Below are positions 10,431 to 19,033 of a stretch of DNA of 64,000 nucleotides, piece after piece. Each line of letters begins with the position of its first letter. Positions within the stretch are counted from its first letter, which is position 1. The position numbers and the translations under genes are program-made. This DNA comes from Macrostomum hystrix (taxonomy: Eukaryota; Animalia; Platyhelminthes): NCBI GenBank assembly GCA_950097015.1, contig CATNEN010000031.1, positions 1,302,001 through 1,366,000 of the forward strand, written 5' to 3'. Below the pieces are notes generated by a model that was not told the origin of the DNA, did no database searches, and worked only from the letters and a program-made list of their open reading frames with translations.

Positions 10431-11102
10431 TTAATCCTGCTGCATATCCTCGGTTCCACCAGCTGCTGCCACATTTGCCGCCCCAGGAATAACAACGTTA
10501 CCATGAGCACCTTCTGGCATTTGATTGGCTTGCGGAACTGTTGGGTCAGTCCAAATATTTGCGTCGCGTTGGAAGCGGTACTCACTTAAAATGAGAGTAG
10601 CATTATCCAACAAGAAAGAAACTCGGACTTTACAGTGTTGCAACCGAGGCAGCGATGTCAGAAGTTCATAGATTTTGAGCTTCTTCTGCACCTCATGTTC
10701 CTTAACACCAAAAGTTTCCGCAACCCGCCGATTTGATGCCCGATGTCTGGATTTTTCCTTCTTATATATAAGCCCCATACAGAAAGCCGCAGCAACAGAC
10801 TTTCCATCCGCCTGTTGCTCCGTTTGCAAGAGTTCCGTATGGTGCGTACTATAAAAATCGTCCGAATCCATTTTGAATTCGGCAACAAAGTTTCTCATTA
10901 GTTGATAACTAAGAAGCAAATCTTCATCAGCAAAAAATGATCGGCGAAGTTCGGCAAACACCATTTCGGTTCTCATGGCATAGTTGCGATCCTGGACCTC
11001 CATGGCCGCTCTTGACCGAATTCGCTGGTTCTCAACTTTTTCATTGAAGAAATGATGAAGAACTTCTCGAATTCTCTCTGATGCCTGTTCGTTGGCATGC
11101 AA
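10431..11102 (-). CDS. Polinton orphan protein, possible helix-turn-helix DNA-binding domain
   Basis: 223-aa ATG ORF. Segment FCMGLIYKKEK...VAETFGVKEHEVQKKLKIYEL looks HTH-like (pattern recall only). Confidence 0.6.
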   Translation of the reverse strand: MHANEQASERIREVLHHFFNEKVENQRIRSRAAMEVQDRNYAMRTEMVFAELRRSFFADEDLLLSYQLMRNFVAEFKMDSDDFYSTHHTELLQTEQQADGKSVAAAFCMGLIYKKEKSRHRASNRRVAETFGVKEHEVQKKLKIYELLTSLPRLQHCKVRVSFLLDNATLILSEYRFQRDANIWTDPTVPQANQMPEGAHGNVVIPGAANVAAAGGTEDMQQD

Positions 11103-11342
11103 TCCTTCAACGAGGCGACCGTGGAGATTTTCTAGTTCAGTTGAGTAGAACGTAATTTTTTGTGGACTAAAAAGAACGATTTAATTAAAAAAAAAAGATA
11201 TATTTCAATTCTTACCACAGGATTATCAGGAAGTAAAAATAAATAAATAAACTTACAACATGATGAAATCAGCAGCCACAACAGTGGAGTATCGTGCGTG
11301 ACGAAGAACGTTCGCGGGTGAAATGAGCTGAATTTGCTTGAA

Positions 11343-11786
11343 TCACTCTGCGCTCTCAACACCCAGCTCTTTCAGCAGTCTTCCCAGTTCTTTACTTGGA
11401 GCATGCAATATAAAGCCAATTCCACCAAGCCCCAACCCCAACTTTGTCTTACCAAAAATAACAGCTTTAACTAGTTTCCGAGCGATCGATTCCCTCCACC
11501 CGCTTGAAGCCCCCATATTGTCTAGCATTCTGAGCATTTCTTTGTCCCAGCGAGTCTTCTCCTCTGGAAAATCCCTATACTTAATATCATGCCACATGCA
11601 GACAGAGTCTAGCTCGTTCACGGGTTCATGCCCAGGATTTGGATTATTGTTTTTATCTAGCTGTATTTCAAGCGGATTCAAAGGCCCGCAATATTTGTAG
11701 CCGGGAATTGTCCAGCCTTTGTTTGGATGAGGAAGCTTTTCTACCAGTCCATGTGAGTCTAGTTTACCACCAGAGCGTTGCATCAT
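11343..11786 (-). CDS. Parvovirus VP1u-type phospholipase A2 (PLA2X-like)
   Basis: Ca-loop-like PGYKYCGPLN and catalytic helix PVNELDSVCMWHDIKY (HD dyad, DxxxxxHDxxY). Confidence 0.88.
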   Translation of the reverse strand: MMQRSGGKLDSHGLVEKLPHPNKGWTIPGYKYCGPLNPLEIQLDKNNNPNPGHEPVNELDSVCMWHDIKYRDFPEEKTRWDKEMLRMLDNMGASSGWRESIARKLVKAVIFGKTKLGLGLGGIGFILHAPSKELGRLLKELGVESAE

Positions 11787-11812
11787 TTTTATAAAAAATT
11801 AAATAAAAAATA

Positions 11813-12802
11813 ATGGCAGATTCGAAACTTCAAAAGCTCTACTACAGCGACAAAGGATTCTTTGTAGGAAAAAATGCAGTCACCAAACTCGCAGAACTAA
11901 GTAATGAATCAAAACAAACAGTTGAAAGATGGCTCTCTAAGCAAGCAGTTTACCAAGTCTATTTCCCAACTGTTAAATTTACAAGACCTCACTTTAACAT
12001 CTATAAACCTAATGAAGCGCACCAAGCAGATCTTCTGTTTCTCCCCAATGACTCAGGCTACAAGTATGCGCTCACTGTTATAGACATTGCCTCCAGATAT
12101 AAAGAAGCCAGACCGCTTAAGACTAAGAAGTCAGAAGCAGTTGCAGCTGCTCTCCAAGACATTTACAAAAACTCACCGCTCACATACCCCCAAACCTTTA
12201 TGACTGATCCTGGCAAAGAATTCATGGGGGCAGTCAAATCCCTTATGGAAAAGAACAATACGAAAATGCGCTACGGAAGAACTGAGCTCCATAGAGACCA
12301 GGCTTTTGTTGAAAGATTCAATCTAACTCTAGCAAAGAGACTTTTCACAAAGCAGACAGCTGAAGAGCTGAAACTAAAAAGTGGCCAATACTATACCAAG
12401 TGGACAGAAAGACTCCCCGCAGTAATAAGTCAACTGAACAATGAAGTATCTCGAATGACAAACCTGAAACCAAATACTGCCATCAAACAAGACACAGTTA
12501 AATCAAAACATCCAATCGCCAATTTCAACTATCCAAAGCTCCCTGGTGTTTATTCTCCGGAAGTTCTTACTAACTCTGAATTCGTTCGCTTCCTTTACTT
12601 ACCAGGAGAGCTGGAGAAGGACACAAAGAGAAGAGCAACAGACCCATACTTTAGTCTTGATGTACATAAGATAAACAGGCATTTCACATCAGCATCCGGC
12701 GATTACTATTTTCTATCCCAAGACTTTAATTCAAAAGCCCCCACACGATCATTCACAAGGGCTGAGCTTCTAGTGATTCCACATGACACAGAAATAAATT
12801 AA
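11813..12802 (+). CDS. int: Retroviral-type DDE integrase (Polinton INT)
   Basis: HQADLLFL (D), TDPGKEF (D), QAFVERFNLTL (E), YALTVIDIASRY; 329 aa, intact. Confidence 0.95.
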   Translation: MADSKLQKLYYSDKGFFVGKNAVTKLAELSNESKQTVERWLSKQAVYQVYFPTVKFTRPHFNIYKPNEAHQADLLFLPNDSGYKYALTVIDIASRYKEARPLKTKKSEAVAAALQDIYKNSPLTYPQTFMTDPGKEFMGAVKSLMEKNNTKMRYGRTELHRDQAFVERFNLTLAKRLFTKQTAEELKLKSGQYYTKWTERLPAVISQLNNEVSRMTNLKPNTAIKQDTVKSKHPIANFNYPKLPGVYSPEVLTNSEFVRFLYLPGELEKDTKRRATDPYFSLDVHKINRHFTSASGDYYFLSQDFNSKAPTRSFTRAELLVIPHDTEIN

Positions 12803-12817
12803 ATTTTTTTAAATAAA

Positions 12818-13246
12818 ATGATTGAAACCAGAACCGTGAATAAAATCAGCAGAATTATCGACTCTAAGAAGCCAGGAGTTGTATCAATTAAAGGTGTCAA
12901 AGTCAAAGTAGATCCAATCCAGCATCTGATCCATTGTAACAATCAAACGCACAATATCACTGATGAGAAGACAGGCGGGATTCTTCCTTTGCTAACTCTT
13001 ATCCCCATCATCGCAGGTGCTCTTGGTGCTGCAGGAGGTGTAGCCGGCGGAGTTGCATCAGCTGTGAAGGCTGGCAATGACAGAGCACATCAACAAGAGA
13101 TGGAGAAAATCGCTAGAGAAAAAGGAGTCAGAATCGGGGGTAGTTGTGAATCTGATGAATCAGCTGATGATGAAGTCAGCAAATCAGAAATCGTTAAAGC
13201 CATCATGACACTGCATAAAGCAGGATTTACAATACTCCGGATGTGA
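12818..13246 (+). CDS. Putative virion membrane-active/core protein with an adenovirus pX-like hydrophobic segment
   Basis: GGILPLLTLIPIIAGALGA closely resembles the C-terminal GGILPLLIPLIAAAIGA of adenovirus pre-X (recalled sequence). Confidence 0.65.
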   Translation: MIETRTVNKISRIIDSKKPGVVSIKGVKVKVDPIQHLIHCNNQTHNITDEKTGGILPLLTLIPIIAGALGAAGGVAGGVASAVKAGNDRAHQQEMEKIAREKGVRIGGSCESDESADDEVSKSEIVKAIMTLHKAGFTILRM

Positions 13247-13462
13247 AAACAGAACAGAACAGAATCTGCTCTCATAACTATATTTAGCACTGTTGGTAGT
13301 AGTATGCCATACTTTACACTTCACTCGAGGGCGACCACCCTAAATTTTTTTTATTAAATTTTCATTAAAAATGCCCAAAGCAAATCCAGAAAAAAATTTG
13401 TCGAATCTTTCTTTCAAAATTATTGTCCTCAAGCTCAATCGTTTCAACAAAAAAGTAAAGTT

Positions 13463-16400
13463 TTGCAAGAGCTTTGCAGGCAGAAATTCAATACAGATCC
13501 AGGCTACCTCGGGAGCTATGCAAAGCTGCAAGAAATTATTAATCAGCTTCTGCATTCAGAGCAGTACACGCCCGTGATGAACCCTGCAGCTGAGCATCAA
13601 CAAAGGAGCCGCAGCTTAGTCAACAGATATCAGACTCTCACAGGTCAGACTTGTAAATATCCCCAAAACAAGGAAGAGCAAGAAGATCTAGAACGTACAA
13701 TCCACCAGGTTGAAGCAGAGCTACAAACTGAAGACCTTAAATTTGCACAGAGAAAATTCACAGAGTTTTATATTGAGTATAAAATCCAGGAAGACACCAC
13801 AAATTCCCAATCCGACATTTACGACTTCAAAGACAGAATTCAATCAGTAATTGATCACACACTGAAGTCACGTAAGACCTTCAAGCTTCAGTTATCATTC
13901 AAGATTGAATTTTACATGCCTGCAAAACCCACTGAGCGTCTTAAATACTACATGACAACTAAAGCTCTACCCTTTACTCCCACTGACACACAGGATCCCT
14001 TTCTTCAAGAGATCAGTAAAAAGATTGACGCCTTTACTTCCGGAGGATCAGGTTGGGTTGTCAATGGCATTCAAAAAGCTACAGTAATGATCATGAAATA
14101 TGACCCTCTCAAAGCTTCATCATATATTGAGCTCCCGAAAAAGCTAGCGAGTAAAAAAGCCTGCATTAATGTGAAAAATTATGACCAATGCTGCGCACTA
14201 TGGGCCGTTTTGTCTGCAATATTGTATGACAAGGATCGAGCCCACCCAGAGAGAACTTCTCATTATAAAATGTATTTTGACGCAAAACTTTTAGAATGCC
14301 ATGCTAAAGGAATTTCCTTCAATAGAGGCGGCTTGGCAATCGATCAAATCCCAAAGCTAGAGGAAGTATTTAACAATAAAATCAGAATCACAGTCTTTGA
14401 ATGGAATGAGAAGAGCGAAAAAGTACAATTAGTCAGAGCCAGTAAAAACACGCTAGATCCTGAAGGTAGGCGTCGCATAGATGTCGATCTTCTAATCATA
14501 GGTGATTTGCGAGAAAATGCCCACTACGTTTGGATTAAAGATCTTTCCAGGCTCCTCCACAAGCAAATGAACAATCATCATGAATCGGTAGCAATCTGTC
14601 GTCTTTGTCTGAAGCATTATAGTGGACCCGATCGTGATGAAAAACTTAAAGAGCATGAACTGACCTGTGAAGATCATCCAACCAACTGCACACTTCCAAC
14701 GGATAAGCATCTCAGATTTAAGAGTTATCACAAGATGGAGAAGCTCCCGTTTATAGTATACGCTGACTTTGAATGCACTATAAACCCTGAAACCAATAAG
14801 CATGTCCCAAATTCTGTTGCGTATCTCTTTATTGGAAGAGACTCTTTTATTGACTCAAAGTATTTCTTAGGTGACCAGTGTGTTGAACAATTCATTTACT
14901 CGATGATGGAATTACAGAAAAATGTTGCTGCCATTCAGCCTGTTCAAATAATTATGTCCGATCAAGATGAAATCGACTTCGGATCTGCAACTCATTGTCA
15001 CATTTGCCGAAAGCTATTAACACCCTGCGACGTCAAAAACCACACAGTCAGAGACCACGATCACTTCACAGGAAAATTTAGAGGGGCAGCTCATAACACC
15101 TGTAATCTGAAACTTCAGAAAAACATCCGCGACCTTACCATTTTCTTCCATAACGGAAGGGGATATGATTATCACTTATTGGTTGAGAAGCTGGGTATGA
15201 TACCAGGCATTAAACTAGATTGCATCGCAGAGAACAAAGAAAAGTTTAAGTGCATTGATATTAAGCGAGATTCAGGCAAGATTAAGATCAAAGATTCATT
15301 CCAGTTTCTGGCCGCAAGTCTCGATGCTTTGAGTAAAAATCTCACCGATGACCAATGTACTTATACCAAGATGCTGGCAGATTCCCTCAATCCTAGAACC
15401 CCAGATTCATTTAAGCTTCTTAGAAAGAAAGGTGTCTACCCTTATGAATGTAATCACGTCTTTGCAGAACCACTACCACCCAAGGACAAGTTCTTTTCAA
15501 AGCTAACAAACTCTGGGATTTCTGATGAAGATTATGAGCATGCTCAGACTGTTTACAAACATTTTAACTGTCGAAACTTTCTTGATTATCACATGCTTTA
15601 CCTTTGGACTGATGTCTTTCTTCTAGCTGATGTATTTGAAACCTTTAGAAAGACCTGGTACTCTGCTTATGGTCTTGACCCTGCTCATTATGTGTCTTTG
15701 CCTGCTACCAGTTGGGAATCATTGCTTAAAATGAAATGGGATCAAAATCCCAACTGGTACATCGAGCTGCTTACAGACATAGACATGTACAACTTTATAG
15801 ATTCGTCTAAGAGAGGTGGCATCTCAATTTGTGTCCATAGGCATGCAAAGGCAAACAATCCGTATCTAGAAGACTATGATAAAGAAAAGCCTTCAAACTA
15901 CATCCTTTATCTGGATGCCAACAACCTCTATGGTTGGGCTATGAGCCAAGATTTACCTGTTAGAGATTTTAGGTGGCTAGATACTTATAAACTCGACTTT
16001 TCAATACCTGCGATCTATGAAGTTGATGTTGAAATCCCTAGGGAACTTCACGACTATTTCTCTGACTTTGCCCCCTTCCCTGAGAACATTAACTGTCCAA
16101 AGATAATCCAGTACAATGATGGAAGCTGGCAGCTATCTGAAAAAGAAAAAGAGCGTGTGAAAAAGTTAACACAAAATCTCATGAACAAGACACGCTACAT
16201 CATTCATTACAAACTGTTGCAGTATTTTATCTCCCTAGGCTGTAGGGTCACGAATGTTCACAGGGCTCTCGCATTCACAGAAGAAGCGTGGATGAAGCCA
16301 TACATAGAAAAAAACACCCAGTTTAGAACTAAAGCAACAAACAGCTTTGACAAGGACCTGTTCAAGCTTGCAAACAACTCTGTCTATGGCAAGACCCTAG

Positions 16401-17161
16401 AAAACGAACGCAACCGCACGAACCTGAAGCTCGTTACCTGTTATGAGCCTGGTACTATTCAGACAAGTTTATCAAAGCCCACTTTCAAAGAGCTTCATAT
16501 CTTTAATGATTACTTGGGTGCCATACTGTTCTATAAGACTAAAGTTACCCTATGCAAGCCGATATTCACAGGTGTGACTGTACTCGATGAGTCGAAGCGT
16601 CTGATGTATAAATTCTTCTATGACATGAAGCGGCAATATGGTGAACAACTGAAACTTCTATATACTGACACAGACTCCCTAATTCTAAACATACAGACTG
16701 AGGATGTCTATCAGGACATGTTGAATCAAAAACATCTGTATGACCTATCCGAATATCCAGAGTCCTTCAAGACTTTGAAAGGTGATCAAGTACGCGACAC
16801 TGGAAATCAAAAAGTTGTAGGAAAAATGAAGGATGAAACGGCTGGCACCCTCATTACAGAGTTTATCGGTTTGAGGGCAAAGTCCTATTTTGTAAAAAGT
16901 TGTAAGTCTACCATTAAAAAATCAAAAGGAATCCCAAAACATGTTGTTAAAAACGATCTCCATGAAGCTTCATACAAGGACGCATTGATCAATAATAAAA
17001 GTACTACTCATGAATTTATGAAACTGCAGTCTAAGAACCACAACATTCACACAATTCAACAGAAGAAGATAGGCCTCTCAGGTGCCGATAACAAACGACA
17101 TATCTTTGATGACAACATTAACAGCCTACCATTTGGACACTATAGATTAAATAATTTGTAA
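13463..17161 (+). CDS. pPolB: Protein-primed family B DNA polymerase (true start unresolved; see findings)
   Basis: Exonuclease motifs IVYADFEC, FHNGRGYD, DVFLLADVF. Polymerase motifs YLDANNLYGWAM, KLANNSVYGKT, YTDTDSL. Track start is TTG; first in-frame ATG is 13577. Confidence 0.97.
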   Translation: MQELCRQKFNTDPGYLGSYAKLQEIINQLLHSEQYTPVMNPAAEHQQRSRSLVNRYQTLTGQTCKYPQNKEEQEDLERTIHQVEAELQTEDLKFAQRKFTEFYIEYKIQEDTTNSQSDIYDFKDRIQSVIDHTLKSRKTFKLQLSFKIEFYMPAKPTERLKYYMTTKALPFTPTDTQDPFLQEISKKIDAFTSGGSGWVVNGIQKATVMIMKYDPLKASSYIELPKKLASKKACINVKNYDQCCALWAVLSAILYDKDRAHPERTSHYKMYFDAKLLECHAKGISFNRGGLAIDQIPKLEEVFNNKIRITVFEWNEKSEKVQLVRASKNTLDPEGRRRIDVDLLIIGDLRENAHYVWIKDLSRLLHKQMNNHHESVAICRLCLKHYSGPDRDEKLKEHELTCEDHPTNCTLPTDKHLRFKSYHKMEKLPFIVYADFECTINPETNKHVPNSVAYLFIGRDSFIDSKYFLGDQCVEQFIYSMMELQKNVAAIQPVQIIMSDQDEIDFGSATHCHICRKLLTPCDVKNHTVRDHDHFTGKFRGAAHNTCNLKLQKNIRDLTIFFHNGRGYDYHLLVEKLGMIPGIKLDCIAENKEKFKCIDIKRDSGKIKIKDSFQFLAASLDALSKNLTDDQCTYTKMLADSLNPRTPDSFKLLRKKGVYPYECNHVFAEPLPPKDKFFSKLTNSGISDEDYEHAQTVYKHFNCRNFLDYHMLYLWTDVFLLADVFETFRKTWYSAYGLDPAHYVSLPATSWESLLKMKWDQNPNWYIELLTDIDMYNFIDSSKRGGISICVHRHAKANNPYLEDYDKEKPSNYILYLDANNLYGWAMSQDLPVRDFRWLDTYKLDFSIPAIYEVDVEIPRELHDYFSDFAPFPENINCPKIIQYNDGSWQLSEKEKERVKKLTQNLMNKTRYIIHYKLLQYFISLGCRVTNVHRALAFTEEAWMKPYIEKNTQFRTKATNSFDKDLFKLANNSVYGKTLENERNRTNLKLVTCYEPGTIQTSLSKPTFKELHIFNDYLGAILFYKTKVTLCKPIFTGVTVLDESKRLMYKFFYDMKRQYGEQLKLLYTDTDSLILNIQTEDVYQDMLNQKHLYDLSEYPESFKTLKGDQVRDTGNQKVVGKMKDETAGTLITEFIGLRAKSYFVKSCKSTIKKSKGIPKHVVKNDLHEASYKDALINNKSTTHEFMKLQSKNHNIHTIQQKKIGLSGADNKRHIFDDNINSLPFGHYRLNNL

Positions 17162-17192
17162 CAAAATTTGTTACAAAAAATTTGTAAAAAAA

Positions 17193-17603
17193 ATGACAAC
17201 CAATATTTTTTTAGAAGAGCTAGCTCAGCAATTAAAAATCCCAAACTTCAGAGGCGTCTTTATGAAGGATACACTGCCAGAAACCCCACTAGAAAAAGAA
17301 TGTGGAATCATGAACTTTGACCCTGCAGAAAAGCCAGGTTCTCATTGGGTTTGTTGGGTAATTGATCCGAACCGTAAACACAAGTACTATTACTTTGATA
17401 GCTATGGAACTGCTGTACCCGAACAACTGAGAAATTATATGACTCATATGAGACATAAAATGAGACATAAAATATACCGCTCAGATTTTATACTCCAGGG
17501 TATTAACAGTGATATTTGTGGTGAGCTATGTATGACTGTTTTGTATGCAATGACCCACACCCGAAAGAGTTACAAAGAAATCATTTTAGGGCTGAAAAAA
17601 TAA
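17193..17603 (+). CDS. Adenain-like cysteine protease (Polinton PRO)
   Basis: Catalytic set: GSHWVCW (His), YYFDSYG (Asp), LQ...SDICGELC (oxyanion Gln, Cys). Confidence 0.93.
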   Translation: MTTNIFLEELAQQLKIPNFRGVFMKDTLPETPLEKECGIMNFDPAEKPGSHWVCWVIDPNRKHKYYYFDSYGTAVPEQLRNYMTHMRHKMRHKIYRSDFILQGINSDICGELCMTVLYAMTHTRKSYKEIILGLKK

Positions 17604-17628
17604 TTTTTTTAGGTCCCGTTAGGTCCTG

Positions 17629-18255
17629 TTAGGTCTTGTTCATTTTCGCTGCTTTCGCCACATGCTGTTTGAACACATTCTCCAGATCATTTCTTAGCTG
17701 GCTCATTTCATCAATGGTATTTAGATTAAGCCTAACTCGTTGCTCATAGAGGTCTTGAATGTTTTTAAACTCATCCTCTGAAATGAACTTGTCTTCAATC
17801 GCCTTTGAGATGTACCCGATGATAGAGCTTTGTACTGATTTCTCATTTGTTTGCTTCGCATGTAGATGCTTTAGCTTTTGTCGTCTGTTCCGTGATAGTG
17901 CTCCTGTAACTGCTGAAATCAGACCACATGTGGCACCAGCAGCTCCGAGTGGAATGGCGATTGGTACAGTGATTACAGGAAGTGTTGAAACAGCAGCTGC
18001 TGATCCCGATAGAACAGATACATATCCAAGAAACATATTAAGGTAATCGAAGACCTTGCACTCTCTATTATAGCGCTTCAGTTTCTTGGTATTATGATCA
18101 ATTTGCCGTTCAATATCAGCTCGCATCTTTTGAATCTCCACCAATCTGAATTGCTGCGAGTTGCAAGTGAAAGTTGGGTAAAGGGGTTGGTAAGGAGCAC
18201 TAGGTTGGCTTGGAGGCGCACTAGGTTCATATAGAGAGTTAATTTTTTCAGACAT
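17629..18255 (-). CDS. Conserved Polinton/adintovirus-type membrane protein with Pro-rich N-terminus
   Basis: 208 aa; LYP...QQFRL.EI motif, coiled coil, Gly/Ala-rich hydrophobic hairpin (aa ~72-120), basic stretch, ISEDEF. Confidence 0.7.
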   Translation of the reverse strand: MSEKINSLYEPSAPPSQPSAPYQPLYPTFTCNSQQFRLVEIQKMRADIERQIDHNTKKLKRYNRECKVFDYLNMFLGYVSVLSGSAAAVSTLPVITVPIAIPLGAAGATCGLISAVTGALSRNRRQKLKHLHAKQTNEKSVQSSIIGYISKAIEDKFISEDEFKNIQDLYEQRVRLNLNTIDEMSQLRNDLENVFKQHVAKAAKMNKT

Positions 18256-18287
18256 TTTTTTGAACGAAAAAAAATTATATAAATTTT

Positions 18288-19016
18288 TTATGACCTTTCT
18301 CGCAAATCTGTTGCACGCCTTGCCGCCTCCCTTGATGCCTCTTCTGATGGTCCATCAGATACTCTTGCTTCTTCAATGTCAATGTCTGGCAGATTGTGCA
18401 GTCTCTCTAGTCGGCCGAGTCTTCTTTTCGTTTTCCCCCAGTCGTTGTATATCCTATTCAAATACTCAGTGTGTCTTGTTACGTTTAGCCCCATGGGTCT
18501 TAGTGTTTCCTTTGTTTCATTTGCTAGTCTCTGAAGAGCTGTTATATCTGACTCTGCTGCTGTGAGTCGCGAACTCAATCTATCATGCACAGTGCTTGAT
18601 CTTAGCATAAAGGCTTCTAAATTTCGAACTTTATTTGAATTTTCTGTTACTCTTTCTTCCACCAAGTTTGCTCGATTATTAACGGCAGTTCTCAGAGTGG
18701 CGATGTCTGATCTTAGAGTGGCGATGTCTGATCTCAGAGTGGGTATCGCTGCAACAAGAGTATCCCGATCATGAACAAACTGTACATATAGTATGTCAAT
18801 CTCTTCCTTCCGTTTTGCTACGCTCAACCGCAGGTCTTCCATGTTTATTTGTTGTTGGTGTGTTGCCCGCTCTAGGGCTTTCAAGCGATCTTTATTGAGT
18901 TTGATTTCTGGAATTTTTTCGTCAACATTTATATAACGCCTGTCAAGGTAAGAAACTTGAGCACTAGTGAGTGTGCTTCCGCGATCCAACGATTCACCTG
19001 CAAAATTAATAGACAT
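18288..19016 (-). CDS. Long coiled-coil protein (fibre/spike candidate)
   Basis: Likely ATG at 19016 (MSINFAG, A-tract context). Heptad repeat LRSDIAT-LRSDIAT-LRT and extended heptad periodicity. Confidence 0.65.
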   Translation of the reverse strand: MSINFAGESLDRGSTLTSAQVSYLDRRYINVDEKIPEIKLNKDRLKALERATHQQQINMEDLRLSVAKRKEEIDILYVQFVHDRDTLVAAIPTLRSDIATLRSDIATLRTAVNNRANLVEERVTENSNKVRNLEAFMLRSSTVHDRLSSRLTAAESDITALQRLANETKETLRPMGLNVTRHTEYLNRIYNDWGKTKRRLGRLERLHNLPDIDIEEARVSDGPSEEASREAARRATDLRERS

Positions 19017-19033
19017 TTTTTTAATAACAAAAT

